This document shows, in pieces, positions 15,355-29,519 of a stretch of DNA of 64,000 bases. The DNA is from Eledone cirrhosa. Taxonomy: Eukaryota. A program made the position numbers and the translations under genes. Under the pieces are notes generated by a model. It had not been told where the DNA came from. It saw only the letters and a program-made list of their open reading frames with translations, and did no database searches. The DNA lies in assembly GCA_964016885.1 (NCBI GenBank), contig OZ024755.1, positions 29,326,001 to 29,390,000 of the forward strand, read 5' to 3'. Numbering within the stretch: position 1 is the first letter of the stretch; the number at the start of each line of letters is the position of its first letter.

Positions 15355-15857
15355 TGATTTAGGCACAAGCCAGCAATTTTAGGGGAGGGGAAAGTCGATT
15401 AAATTGACCCCAGTGCATTACAGGTGGTTTATTTTATCGACTCCGTAAGGATGTAAAGCATAGCTAACCTCGGCGGGATTTGAACTCAGAACGTAAAGAG
15501 CCGTAACTCTGTGCTGTAAAACAAGTGTCCGACGCTTTACCGATATCGCCATCCACTACCCTACTTCAGTGAAATAAAAAAAATCATATGCTTTAAAAAT
15601 ACGTTGTAATTTATAATTTCGTCTACATTGAGGTGCATGTCAACATCTATGATAAATAATATAAAATCATTTATATTTTTGAAACAAGGCCAGCAATTAC
15701 TCCAGTGCATTACTGGTACTTCATTTTATCGACCCCGCAATGACGAAAGGCAAATTCACCTGAGCAGGATTTTAACTCGGAACGTAAAGGGCCATACCTC
15801 TATACTGCCGCAAAGAATGGTGTATGACGCTCTACCGATGCTGCCAAGCCACCGCCT
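15355..15857 (-). mobile_element. Two SINE family A copies (15355-15560, 15685-15857)
   Basis: Both carry tttatcgac(t/c)ccg.aa(g/t)ga..aaag..cctcggcgggatttgaactc-like cores. Confidence 0.8.
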
Positions 15858-16338
15858 TATGAAATAATATGTAGAGAAACTAATGCAGTACAACGATCAT
15901 ACCAATGAAATATGAGAATATAATTTAGAACAGATGGCCTTTTAATTGTTAAATCTTTAGTGGAATATTTTATGCTGACGAGTCAATTATTCGGGGATAT
16001 TAACAATCCAAGGAAGTGAAACATGAACCAAGTGACGTTTGACAAAGACCAGACTTTCTGTCTGTGAAAGATGAAAATAATAAAAAAAAAGGAAGATGCT
16101 GCATTTAGAAATCCTCAAATTTGTTTCATCTTCTCACGCTTGCCGTTTCTCTCTCTCTCACTCTCTCGTTCACCTTTTTCTCTTTGTTCCTCTTATTCTT
16201 CTTACATATACATATCCCCCCTCCCCCACACACACATAGACAAACATACATACACACATACATACATACATACATACATACATACATACATACATACATA
16301 CATACATACATACATACATACATACATACATACATACA

Positions 16339-16426
<88 letters not shown>

Positions 16427-16507
16427 AACGGAAAAAATGAAACCAAATTTCAGTTCCCACTCTTAGTACGGCTGATACTTAAATATGAGTATGTATACGT
16501 ACATACA

Positions 16508-16584
<77 letters not shown>

Positions 16585-16587
<3 letters not shown>

Positions 16588-16785
16588 ACAGACCAGTGTC
16601 TGTCCTTAGGGCATCAACATACGTTAACCTTGGTCTTCCTCTTGTAGTGTGTCCATGTAGGGGCTCCGAAAGGAGTACTGAGTGCAATGTCAACTCTGGA
16701 TGTCGGTGAGCATGTCCAGCTAACCTCAGTCTCCTCTGTGTCACTTTTGAGCTGACTTTTGGGATGCAGGACATGGCAGCGATAA
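16585..16785 (-). mobile_element. RTE-clade LINE 3' fragment
   Basis: Translation [43 protein letters not shown] is typical of the RTE ORF C-terminus (RLxxxGH..R..RGRP). Homologous piece at 62175-62290. Confidence 0.8.
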
Positions 16786-16844
16786 TGAGGGACAGAGACT
16801 GCTGGAGAGAACTCGTCCATGGATCTCGGGAATTTTACCCGCCT

Positions 16845-16883
<39 letters not shown>

Positions 16884-17002
16884 GTATGGATTCACCGAAC
16901 ATTTATTATAATGCTCGGTGTGTTTGTAATATTAAGCCGCAGTGTCCAGCAACCTTCATTGCTCGTTTGTTTGTTTGTTTGTGCGCGTGCGCGTGCGCGT
17001 GC

Positions 17003-17045
<43 letters not shown>

Positions 17046-18078
17046 GAACATTCCGTCTGAAATCTTTCATTAGCTCTTTATTATTTATGGTCCGTGTCTT
17101 TATATTCATACAATAGCTTGGATTAATTTTGCTTATAATTACACCTTAGTTGAAGCTTGAACTTGTCTAGCCATATCTTACCCACCTTTTCCCTTTGATC
17201 TCCTTATTTCATATTATACATTATTTATCATTTGTTTTTTTAAACATGCGTTGTTACTTCCTTTTTCTAGTCGTGTAAGCGAAATAGAATATATAGAAAT
17301 ATAGATTTTAAAAAAGGGTAACGATCCCATAACTCTTTATGGAGTCGTAGAGGCCCAGTCAAACGGCGTGTCTAGGGCACTTTTAAACCTGGCGGAGCCA
17401 AACCCTCTCCAGGTCTGAACACAGCCAATTTATTCTATAGAAAAAGAATCGACTCCAGTACTGAACAGGTACTTTTTTTATCGACCTCGAAAGGTTAAAA
17501 GGAAAACGTGACCACCGGTGTGATTTAGAATAAGAACGCGCAATGAGGTGGGGGCAAATATCGTAAAGCATTCTATTCGACATCTTAACGCCTATACAAA
17601 TTTACCGCCTATAGAATTATGAGAGAGTTTTAATGTGGCCTGTGTATGGTCTTAGACAACATTCCTATTGTTCTTGGAATATTATCTGCCATTGTAACTA
17701 CTACAACAAACAAACCTTCAATATGTTATGCTTATTTGCAATATATCGACATTTCTACGTAACTTGGTAAATAAATAGACCTGTCTCATATTACTGTCGC
17801 TGAAAGAACCTGTATCATAGTAACATATGATATATGAGGTTAACATTGTTTATATTAAAGTACCAGTAATGCACTGGGTTAATTGCTGGCCTTGTGCCAA
17901 AAGTAGAAACAATTATTAATATTAAAGAATAAAAAAGAATTACTATGAGGTTGAGTTGAAGGGAACTGTTTTATTTCAGGAATAATAAACCGCAATTTGT
18001 ACACATCAACAACAATAATGAAAACAAATTATTCCCATTTTCCTTCTCCTGAAATCGCATTTGATATATATATATAAT

Positions 18079-18123
<45 letters not shown>

Positions 18124-18125
18124 AT

Positions 18126-18164
<39 letters not shown>

Positions 18165-18279
18165 TATACAATATATATAATATATATATGTATATATGTA
18201 TGTATATGTTTACATTTTTTTAAAAACTATTTTATATTTTTTTCAAATATGCTGTTGACTAACAAGTGCATGAAAATTG

Positions 18280-18320
<41 letters not shown>

Positions 18321-18444
18321 CGTTTTCTATGTCATTTTAAATCATTAACGAAATAGACGTTGTGTCGAGTTCGCATATATTTATGCATAAATACATGTTC
18401 GTATACTTGCACACGCGCACACACACACACACACACTACACACA

Positions 18445-18479
<35 letters not shown>

Positions 18480-18550
18480 GCATATATATATATATATATA
18501 CATATATAATTTTGTATATACATACATACATACATACATACATACATACA

Positions 18551-18581
<31 letters not shown>

Positions 18582-18683
18582 TATATATATATATATATAT
18601 ATATTGATATGTTTATGGGATAAAAACTTAAATCTCGTTTTTAGGTTTCATATATCAATTCATTTCAATAAAACTTGTGGAAT

Positions 18684-20368
18684 TTATGTTTGTTTTGAAC
18701 TTTTGTCTTCGCTGCGACCAAGTCGCAGCATTGACATAGATCGCTTATTGTTGTCACTTCTGCCTAGTCTTAACATAGAGACTGCACGTTTGTCCTCCTC
18801 TACATTGTCGCTTCCACTTCGTCCAAGTCGCAACATGGATACAGCTCTCTTTGAATTCATGTCTTCGCCTCCGCTTCGTCCTAGTCTTAACATAGAAACA
18901 GCCCTCTTCATATCGTCGGCGCCGTTTCGACCAAGTCTTAACATTGACACAGCACGTTTTGCTTCATCCATGTCGGAGCCACTACGTCCCAGCCGTAACA
19001 TAGATACAGCTCTCTTTCCTTCAACTGATCCTGCTCGTCCCAATCTTAACATGGAAACTGCTCTTTTTTCAGATGAATATCCTTGGTCTTTCCCATAGCC
19101 CAACATAGAAACAGCAGGGTTCACCGCATCTAATTCGCTCCGTCCAAGACGTAACATAGATACAGCTCTTTTGTCATCACCAGGCATGCTGCGCCCAAGC
19201 CGCAACATAGAAACTGCTCTTTTCTCATCCCCAGACATACTGCGTCCAAGGCGCAGCATAGACACTGCTCTCTTTTCATCAATAGGCATACTGCGTCCAA
19301 GCCTTAACATAGAAACGGCTCTTTTTTCATCAACAGGCATACTGCGTCCAAGCCTTAACATAGAAACGGCTCTTTTTTCATCAACAGGCATACTGCGTCC
19401 AAGCCTTAACATAGAAACTGCTCTCTTTTCATCAATAGGCATACTGCGTCCAAGCCTCAACATAGAAACTGCTCTTTTATCATTACCAGACATGCTACGA
19501 CCAAGGCGTAGCATAGAGACTGCTCTTTTATCTTCAGCAGGCATGTTGCGCCCAAGGCGTAACATAGATACAGCACGCTTATTTTCTTCGAAGTTGTTTT
19601 GTAATTCACTTCTACCTAACCGTAGCATTGAAAGAGCTCTTTTATCATTATATGCGCCACTACGGCCTAGCCTTAGCATGGAAACTGCACGCTTTGTGTC
19701 ATCGAATACCGGAATAACATTATCTTCAGTTTCTGCTGCTGCACCTTCACCGGAGTTTTCATCCTCTACTTGCCGTTTTCCTAATCGCAACATTCTAACT
19801 TGCCTCTTTTCGTTGTTTCCTATAATTTTATACTGCATGCATACACCATTTACGTTATGGATTTCACATTCGGGTTGTACTTCATTTGTTGAGACTGGCA
19901 AATATTCATCGGCTATTTCACCTTCAGAAAATCCATCTTGCCTTCTTTGTGGAACAGCTATTTGGTGCGGGAAAAGGATGCTATCAGTACTGTCACCAAT
20001 TTCGTTTTCTTCATTTTCTCGTAGATCTTCGTAATCTGGAAACGATCTCTTCTTTAGACGTCCTAACCTAGGCACAGGTGCTAATCGAAATTCGTAATCA
20101 TTTGACCCTGTAGGCATAGATCGTCTCAGAAGCTGGACTACACGTGATAAAGCATCACCGTTGTACTGATCACCTGTGAGTTCATTCATAGATCTCAATG
20201 CAGACGACGGTTTGTGTCCTTGTTGTTCTAGAATAGCTGCAACTATTGTTTTTAAATCTGCTGGATTGTATCCCCCACTACTGCGTTTATCAATATTTGG
20301 CTGAGCTTCATCATTTACGTTCAATTTGTTTTTCTTCTCGGCTGCATTTTTGTCGTCGCTGCAGTTAC
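18684..20368 (-). CDS. myomodulin: Myomodulin neuropeptide precursor, terminal coding exon (signal-peptide exon upstream, not located)
   Basis: 16x [11 protein letters not shown] plus [16 protein letters not shown] and [10 protein letters not shown]; molluscan myomodulins end in -MLRLamide. Acceptor ttttgttttatatttcAG|gt aac tgc at 20369/20368 (phase 1); stop TAA at 18684-18686. Confidence 0.95.
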
Positions 20369-20964
20369 CTGAAATATAAAACAAAAGCATTGTTAAACTT
20401 TGAATATGTATACACTCATCGGTGATATAACCATATATGTTCAGAAAACATGATGTTATATATGTGCATTGCCGTATATATGTAGTCATAAGGTTACTTG
20501 TTCAATAACCCATATGTTTTGACATATTTCGTTACATGAACCAGTGAGCGGGAAGGACCAATCGCCGTCGAAACCTCAGGCGTATTTGAACCCCGTACTG
20601 TCGAGTTCCCCCACAAGATCGGAGTGTTGGCGGCCCGTCTGAGGAGGGAGCCCCGCTAGGTTGGGTGACTGTTGCAGCGGGTGTCACTGGGCATCGTCCG
20701 GGGGAATGCTTTTGCCGTCTTGTCCGCGGGGCGCAGCACTTCTGTCCTCTTGCCATAGGCCCAAATCTCAATCACCCTTCCCCTTCACCCATCCCCTCTC
20801 TTCTGCGGCAACAGATCTCTTGCCATCCCTTCCCCCTCCCGTTCTTTTCCTTCTTTCTTACTTTCTCTCTTTTTTCTCTATATTTCCCTAATCTTTCTTT
20901 CGTTTTACTTCCCTTTTTTTATTATTGCTGCCATTGTAGTTGTCATTACAATTATTATTATTAA

Positions 20965-21555
20965 GGGCCGTGAATTGGCAGTATCGGTAGAGCATCGGAC
21001 ACCATGCTTTCCAGCGTAGTTATGTCCCTTTACGGTCTGAGTTCAAATCCCGCCGAGGTCAACTTTGCCTTTCATCCTTACGGGGTCGATAAAATAAAGC
21101 ACCAGAAACGTACTGGCTTTGTGCCTATAGTAGAAATCATTTATACTAAACAACCGCCAAACTAATACCAGTAATGCATTGGGATAATTGCTGGTCTTGT
21201 GCCAATAGTAGAAACAATCATAACTATTATTAATGGTATTGTAAATAATTGTTTCTACTTTAGGCACAAGGTCACCAATCACCCAGTGCATTACTGGTAC
21301 TTTAATGGTATTGTAAATAATATCATGTTTATACAGTTTTTATCAAATATATACAGTATATTATTTGGTATGGATTGGCAGTAACGGTAGAGGGTCGGAC
21401 GCCATGCTTTGCAGAATAGAGTTATGCCCCTTTATGGTCTGAGTTCAAATCCCGCCGAGGTTAACTTTGCCTTTCATCCTTACGGGGTCGATAAAATAAA
21501 GTACCAGTAATGCACTGGTTTAATTGCTGGCCTTGTGCCAATAGTAGAAACAATT
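20965..21555 (+). mobile_element. Cluster of SINE family A copies (20965-21140, 21370-21555, plus tail fragments in both orientations)
   Basis: A/B boxes and core repeated; tattatttggtat direct repeat flanks the second copy. Confidence 0.85.
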
Positions 21556-22383
21556 ATTTGGTATAGTTACGAAACTGCATGTGGCATGCAAGTGTCTGAT
21601 GTGACCAGATATCAAATCTGTCACGGTATCTACAAAGTGTTAATTACTTATCTTAATCGATTCCTGATACTTAGAATAATCAAATGGATCTTCCACTGAC
21701 AAAATGTGAGAAACTATAAATACGATATCAATACAAACAAAATGTCTGGGTTTCAAATTTACCGTAGTATATTTCGTGAAGTATTGACTGAATATTAACT
21801 TCTATAAGATGAGTAACATAAGATATTGATGTACAATGTAGTGTACATGAAGGCATAAACTGTATGTTTATATAAAATAAACATATGGTATTATCGCTTT
21901 TAAAGGAACGTATTTTTTATTCGAGAATGCCAGACAGCGCTGTTTTAATAATTGTTAGTGTTTCAGCAACGACGTTCACTCACCCAGCACTGACATGGAA
22001 ATAGACTAAGGTCTATATAGAATTGGCGTGATTGATTAAGATGTTCTGGAGATATTCTCTTGGCAGTAGCACTAACACAGCGTTTAAGTATAATAGATAC
22101 CTATATGAAAACATATATAAACAAATAATTCGTTTATATAAAATAGACATATCGGTAGATTCACTGCCGAAGGAAAATAAATTTTCGTAAGGAAAAAATA
22201 GGTGATTCTCTATTTTCCTCTATGAACATATCAGGGTTTTCAGTATATATTGATTTATCGTATACATATACATATTTGTATACATATATGTATACATATA
22301 CGTACATACATATATTTATGCACACGCACATACATACATATATATAGAGAGCGAGAGAGACAGAGAAAGAGAAAGCGAGAGAG

Positions 22384-22482
<99 letters not shown>

Positions 22483-22773
22483 GAGAGATAAAGTATACAG
22501 TACTAAATTATATACATGCATCAAAATGAAATGTATCGATTATTAAAATGGAATCGTTTGATAATTTACAAATTTCCTATGAACAATATTTCCGTAAACT
22601 AATTCCTGTTTTAGTTATTTTCCCCTTATTACTTCCGGTCTCGGTCTTTCGCTTTCTTATTCTCTCTCTTTCTCAAACACACCTGTTTTTGTATCTCTTT
22701 TCCATAAAGATTTGCTACAGCGTAAGTTTAAAAATATAACTGACGCAATCGCCAGCACTGTCAGCCTATATAA

Positions 22774-22802
<29 letters not shown>

Positions 22803-22808
<6 letters not shown>

Positions 22809-23028
22809 GTATAGGATTATCCTAGATGTAGTAATGGTTAATTACTACACTGGATATGGTTGACGTACGGCGAGAGGTTACTCTACGTGTTATGGAAGAA
22901 TTGTTGAAGAAACTTAGTTCCTGATCCTTCTGTATTCCGGAGTGTATATAAAGAATGAATAATAACAGGTAGACATCATAAAACGGAATAAATTACCTTT
23001 TTATGATGTCTACCTCTTATTATTCATT

Positions 23029-23032
<4 letters not shown>
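22803..23032. mobile_element. (TA)n-flanked short derivative of the PLE at 33330-34787
   Basis: 22803-22938 matches the reverse complement of ~34652-34787. 22950-23030 is an inverted repeat of the 33330-33375 terminus. Confidence 0.7.
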
Positions 23033-23079
<47 letters not shown>

Positions 23080-23364
23080 GTGCCCCGCAAAAGTTTACAA
23101 CACATTAGGAAAAATGCGGTTTTAGGTATTTTTAATAAAGTTAGGGTAATGAAAATGTAACTACTGATAGAACATATAATGAGGCATTTAATGATACAAT
23201 CATATTTTTTTTTAAATGACAAGGAAATAACTCATGAAGAAACATCTATATATATATATATATCCAAGAAATGTCATCATGAATAGACCTGTTATTTTTA
23301 TCTAAAAACATCTTTTCCAGTTCTACCCCGCCCGTCCCTTCAATCTATCGTATTTCTCATTCTT

Positions 23365-23400
23365 TCTTCTGATGAAGGACTAGCATCCGAAACGTTGAGA
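23365..23400 (+). ncRNA. Minimal type I HHR (PLE pLTR type); family copies at 39213-39248 and 54760-54794
   Basis: TCTT-CTGATGA-A-GGA ctagca TCC-GAA-ACGT-T-GAGA, palindromic ACGT stem III, followed by a conserved ~80-bp tail ending in a microsatellite in all three copies. Confidence 0.75.
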
Positions 23401-23481
23401 CCCTCTTCCTGCTATTTCAAGCGTTAACCTAATATTCCTTTCATATACTGTACTGATTGTGTTGTTATTTCTGTTTACCTT

Positions 23482-23553
<72 letters not shown>

Positions 23554-23568
23554 ATTAGGGAACAACTA

Positions 23569-23629
<61 letters not shown>

Positions 23630-23812
23630 TTATCTCAGGTTCAATCGGGGGTAACCACACCAAGTAAGATACTCAATACATAGCAGAGTATAAACACTTA
23701 ATATAGAAATGGCTTCTACAGGACTAGAACTGTTTCATTCGGCATAAATCACCAGGACCGATTTCTCCCGAATAAAACAGTTCTAGTCCTGTAGAAGCCA
23801 TTTCTATATTAC

Positions 23813-23902
<90 letters not shown>

Positions 23903-24668
23903 ATATAATATATATACATATAATATAATATATATACATATAATATACTATATATATATATATATATAACACTTAGAAGACGGTGTTGAACAAAAATATA
24001 TAATAAAATAAAATGAAAATATATATGAATAGATTTTTTTAAAGATGGGAATCATGGCCATGATAATATGAAGCTGGAATTAAGTAAATGCTATAAACAA
24101 TAAATCATATTCATAGGGACCACCCAAGAATGAAATAAAACGATAAAAGAACAAGGGCATTAAATATAGGGAAAGCGTGACCATAAGAGACTTGTTTAAT
24201 ATAGACAGAAACATGAATATCTCCTGGCTACTAGAGGCAGGACATGCAGCTGCAATATATACAAATAAAACTGTTTGGTAAAAATCCGAGCAAATTAATG
24301 AAAACCAAATATACATTAAAATAACATATGAAAGATCACTCAATCTTAAAAGCAATAAACAAAACAACCATAATGAGACAATTGAAGTGACAAAGAAACA
24401 AGTGATAAAATGACATTAGAAATACACCATAAAAATGAATTATCCGAAATCAATGAATACTTATAATAAGAGGTCCTTGCTACATCACAAATAATTAGCC
24501 GGTATTCAAAACGACGCTGACGATTCTTTGAACAAGGATGAGGTATTTCCCGGCGAAGAGATAATATCTGAAGCGCGCAGAGATTATTTAATTTGATTTC
24601 TGTGAACGGAGTCAAGAGTTGAAAAAAGAAATGTAGCCTATACTAAATTTCTCCTATAACGTCTAATA

Positions 24669-24719
<51 letters not shown>

Positions 24720-25199
24720 GCATATTCTCCTGAAGAAGGGCTTATGCCTGAAACCTCGTTCCCCACCTCAAGAGCGTGAAACTAATAAACTTTTGTTTGT
24801 ACTGCCTCTCTGTTTTCGTTCTCGTTCCGGTTTTCACGGCGGGTAGTGAAGACGTATGTATATTTTCTTACTATGATATTTTGTAATATAATTTACATAG
24901 ATCAATAATGGAATGGATATACGGGGAACTATCCCCCAGAAACGATCGTAAAATAATGAATTTTACTATCAATTAACCGTTTTTTTGTTTAATTTAATTG
25001 TTTTACTATTTGTATTTTTGACTCTGTATCTAATGAATTATATCGTTGAAAATGTTGTATTTTAAACTTTGTTTCACGACATCTTCTACATACGGATTAC
25101 ATTGAGTTCTTCATGCGGTTTAGACCCTACCATTAATATTCTGGATTTATTTGTGTATATATATGTATATATGTATATATATATATACATACATACATA

Positions 25200-25445
<246 letters not shown>

Positions 25446-25578
25446 TTTTGAGTTTATGTTGTTTGTATACCAACACCTCAGTGAACTAACAACCAAACAA
25501 GGAACCGGGCATATCAGAGTATTGACAATATTATACACCTAAACAACATATGTACTTGTCTATACCATACTAATTCAA

Positions 25579-25635
25579 ACTGCCTGAAGAGGTCACAGCC
25601 AAAGATGGCTGTCACTGAAATATATATATAGCAGT
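25579..25635 (+). ncRNA. Type I hammerhead ribozyme
   Basis: ACTGC-CTGAAGA-GGTcACAGCCA aaga TGGCTGTcACT-GAA-ATATATATAT-A-GCAGT; stem I ACTGC/GCAGT is perfect and stem III is palindromic. Confidence 0.75.
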
Positions 25636-25744
25636 AATAAACGAAGCTAAATTTTAATCATTTGACTTTTATTTAACTTTATTTTATATATATATAGTAA
25701 TAATAATAAAATTGAAGACTAAAATCCAAAGAGGGCTCGATAAT

Positions 25745-25828
<84 letters not shown>

Positions 25829-25833
25829 CGAGC

Positions 25834-25871
<38 letters not shown>

Positions 25872-26224
25872 TCTAGTAAATATTTGGTTGAAATATCCAA
25901 GCGTAAGAGCACTCAGTTCATAGGACTGGTATAAATAATTACAACAGTGACATAATCGAGTACTTAGGTTTCGTTGTGTTCTCATTTATGCTGTCATAAG
26001 TAAAATAAAAATAAAGATGGCTATCTTTATTTTATTTTTCTTATGTGTACCTATATGTAGCGAATGATATACTGATAAATGTTTAAAGTGCGTGTTGGGA
26101 ACAATCTGCTGTGTTTATCTTTGTGGATTATCAACGTACGTAACGTGTTTATTTGCCCTAGTTGTCAGGATGACACTTGGCAATAAATGGAAACAAAATG
26201 GAAGGAGAAGCGAGAAGAGAAAAT

Positions 26225-28055
26225 AATTGTTTCTACTTTTGGCACAGGGCCAGCAAAATACACAGCACATTACTGGTACTTTATTTTATCGACCCCTGTA
26301 AGGATGAAAGGCAAAGTTAACCTCGACGCGATTTGAACTCAGAATGGCAAGGGGCGTAACTCGATGCGTCAAAGCATGGCGTCCGACCCTCTACCGATAC
26401 TGCCAATAATGACATAAGCCTAATCGGCATTCCAGGATTGTAAGGGAAAACGCATTGAAAGAACACGGCTTTCAAAGCTGAAGGAAAACATTAAAATAGT
26501 ACAGCCAGTTTGGTAACAAAAACATTCTTAGTGGAATCTTGAAGAAGGGTTTGAAAAGGAAATACTCGCACGGAATATTGTTTTCAATAAGAAAGTTTTG
26601 TTTGAACATCTTTGTTTGCAACCTATATTTGTTCTGAGATTCATCAGTTTTTGTAAAACATCGTACGTAAATTGATATATTGTTTTTATTCATATAGTTT
26701 GGAAAATACGTAATCGCATTGTTCTCATAACAATATGAACAATATATAATAAGTTGTTTGGATGTTTACCCAATTATCCCACTGTTTATCTCAGCGTTTG
26801 AGTAAAATAACATCTGGCCAATTTAGGAAGGATTTAACATGTCCTTTATATCTTAGATAATTTGTGAACCATCAAACTATTCTAGATCTATCGACGAACC
26901 ACACACGAATGCGTTTTCGAAAATCTAAATAAACGAAACCTATAAATTGAAAAGATTCAGTAATGGAGCTGGTGGATTGGCAGTATCGGTAGAGGGTCGG
27001 ACGCCATGCTTTGCAGCATAGAGTTACGGTCCTTTACAGTCTGAGTTCAACTCCCGCCGAGGTTAACTTTGCCTTTCATCCTTACGGGGTCGATAAAATA
27101 AAGCACCAGTAACGTACTGGGGTCGATTTAATCGATTTTCTCCTCACCCAAAATTGCTGGCCTTTTGCCTATATAAGAAACCATTATTTAAAGAATTAGA
27201 GTGGTGGATTGGCAATATTGGTAGAGGGTCAGACGCCATGCTTTGAAGCATAGAGTTACCTCCCTCTATGATCTGAGTTCAAATCCCGCCGAGGTTAACT
27301 TTGCCTTTCATCGTTACGGGGTCGATAAAATAAAGTACCAGTAATTCACTGGTTAATTGCTGGCCTTGTGCCAAAAGTAGAAACAATTATTTAAAGAATT
27401 ATTTAAAGAATTATTTAATTACAACCTGCGGTATTATACCTTTAACTTAGACTACACATAACAGACTCACTGATGAATCCTCGGATATATTCATGTCTTT
27501 GAACCTTACTAAGAATTTCCATGTATATCAAAGAAAAGGCGCTTTGATGCAGAAAGTAAGCAAAGAAATGTCACATACTTAATTAGAAACTACTCTAATT
27601 CTTTAATTAAATTAGCTTGTAATTAAATTAGCTTCACCGATCAAAGAAAATTTATTTAACTACAATTTATATTATATTATATTATATTATATGATTGCCC
27701 GTACAGTCAAGAACATTTCTCATGTTTCATCGCTATTGCACGGCCTTTGTTTTTGGTATTCCTCTTCTAAGCAAACATTCATAGGTTAAAGTCGAATATG
27801 GTGACCCCATTAATGGACCCAAAGTTTTGACATCTGCCTGCCTAAATTCTACCTCTCTATATTTTCTCCAATCTGTTACCAAGTGTAGTACGTGTAATAA
27901 CGAAAGTTATTACTGGTGCTTTATTTATAGACCCCATAACGATGAATGTTAAAGCTAACCTCGGCTGGATTTAAACTAGGAACGTAAAGGGACGTAGCTC
28001 TATGCTACGAAGCATGTTGTCCGACGCTCTACTGATATTGTCAATCCACCACCCT
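26225..28055. mobile_element. Four SINE family A copies (26225-26405 -, 26970-27185 +, 27200-27390 +, 27910-28055 -)
   Basis: Each shows the A-box/B-box/core motifs of family A. Confidence 0.85.
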
Positions 28056-29064
28056 TTCACTCATATAATGCCAAGATGATCTATTCGGGATTAAATGAAA
28101 TGCTCAAAGAGTACCTTATGGAGCCGTTTCTAACATGAGATTGCAATTTTCCTTATGTTGTTAGGGGTTTCCAGTGATTTATACAATTTTATTATTCAAT
28201 CGTACGCACAAAACCAATCTGGTAGACAAGTACCCGCATTAAGATGACGTCAGAGAATGTGTGTAATCAAAATGGTGAAATCACAAACAATTATCAAAGT
28301 ACTTAACTGTTGCTCGTAAATCTAAGTGACCAAATAATAACAAATGTAAATATTCAACTAAATATATTGGTATTCTGTCTTATCATATTAGCAACATTCG
28401 GTTAGTATTTCCGATGGGTTATTTACTTCACCGAAAAGAACAGCGTATAATCAATGTTCAATTTCCGCTTTCAAAGGAAGCTGTAACAGCAATTAATTAC
28501 TTAAAAGTAGCACATATGAAGGCTGTCAATTCTAAAATAAACGAACATATGGATCTATTTTTAATCACAATTGTAGACTTCTAATATTTCTTTGTTTTTT
28601 TTTTAATATTTCTAAATTTAACTGAGAGAGGTTGGGATAGAAAAAGATGTTAGCGCAATAAGTGTGGTTGTTAAAAATAAATTGTTCTTCCACTTACAGT
28701 ACCGATTAATCCGTAATCCATAGATAATATATTTGATATAAATCTCCAAGTAGGATTTAAGAATTGGCATCTATCATACTTATGCCGTTCTGTTACAAAA
28801 TCTTACCTGATTCTCGATTTCCTAATCCTACTGCAGATACACTCTTGTATTATTTGCGTTTCTACTTCACAGGCGCTAATTCGTTATATTGTAGCTTAAT
28901 TTTAACTGGAATTGTTAATTTAGATTAAGGAACTTAATTTACGCCATCCGCATATATTATGAATTATCGTATGTTTGCGTGTCAAAGTCTGTGACAGTGA
29001 AGCAATAATTCTATAGCAGTTAGAAGGATGGGGTTGATAACCTATGAAATTATAAACTATAGTT

Positions 29065-29330
29065 CCACGTGTCGGAACACGGAAGAGCCGAACTCCCACT
29101 GTCATCGCCTCCATCTCTCTCGCCCTCCCCCATCTCTCTCTAATATGAGCGAATTGGGTCCCATGTGCTGGGCGCCCCACTGCCCCTGCGGACAGAATGG
29201 AGAAGGTGTTTCCCCGGAGGATAGTAAGGGAGATGCGCTGGAAGAGCCATTCCATCTCGCGAGGCTCACAACCACGGCTGGCCAATTTCGAACTAGTCGC
29301 TCACCTTCATCATCCTTGTGGAAATGGACA
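29065..29330 (-). mobile_element. CRE-clade-like (restriction-like endonuclease) non-LTR retrotransposon 3' fragment
   Basis: EPREMEWLFQRISLTILRGNTFSIL matches the C-terminal motif (L.QRIS..I.RGN) of CRE-type ORFs; homologous to 32770-33050. Confidence 0.7.
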
Positions 29331-29519
29331 GTGATGCAGCATTTTATGTGTTAAATATTTGATATCATCAAGAAAGCTCCTAGTTGCTTTATGTTCATGT
29401 TTAAGGAGTTGGGTGACATTTTAATGTTTTCCATTTACCTATGCAATAAAGTTTTACGTTTGATAACTGAGTAGACAATATTTACAAAGCATCATTGGAG
29501 AGTATTATTCTGTTGGTAT

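Noticed and set aside
18604-20034. Plus-strand ORFs (164 aa, 287 aa) with [11 protein letters not shown] repeats
   Set aside because: Antisense shadows of the myomodulin repeats.
20369-20489. N-terminal MTTYIRQC.. extension of the 601-aa ORF as the true start
   Set aside because: Not signal-peptide-like and it runs through a canonical polypyrimidine/AG acceptor, so it is intronic read-through.
21762-21856. Candidate upstream exon MPSCTLHC..YYG|gtaaat (phase 1); similar candidates near 21983 and 61110
   Set aside because: Phase-compatible but lacking a hydrophobic signal-peptide core; no supporting evidence.
24727-24760. CTGAAGA-AGGGCTTATGCCT-GAAAC as an intact HHR
   Set aside because: Core and stem II are present but stems I and III cannot be formed; at best a disrupted copy.
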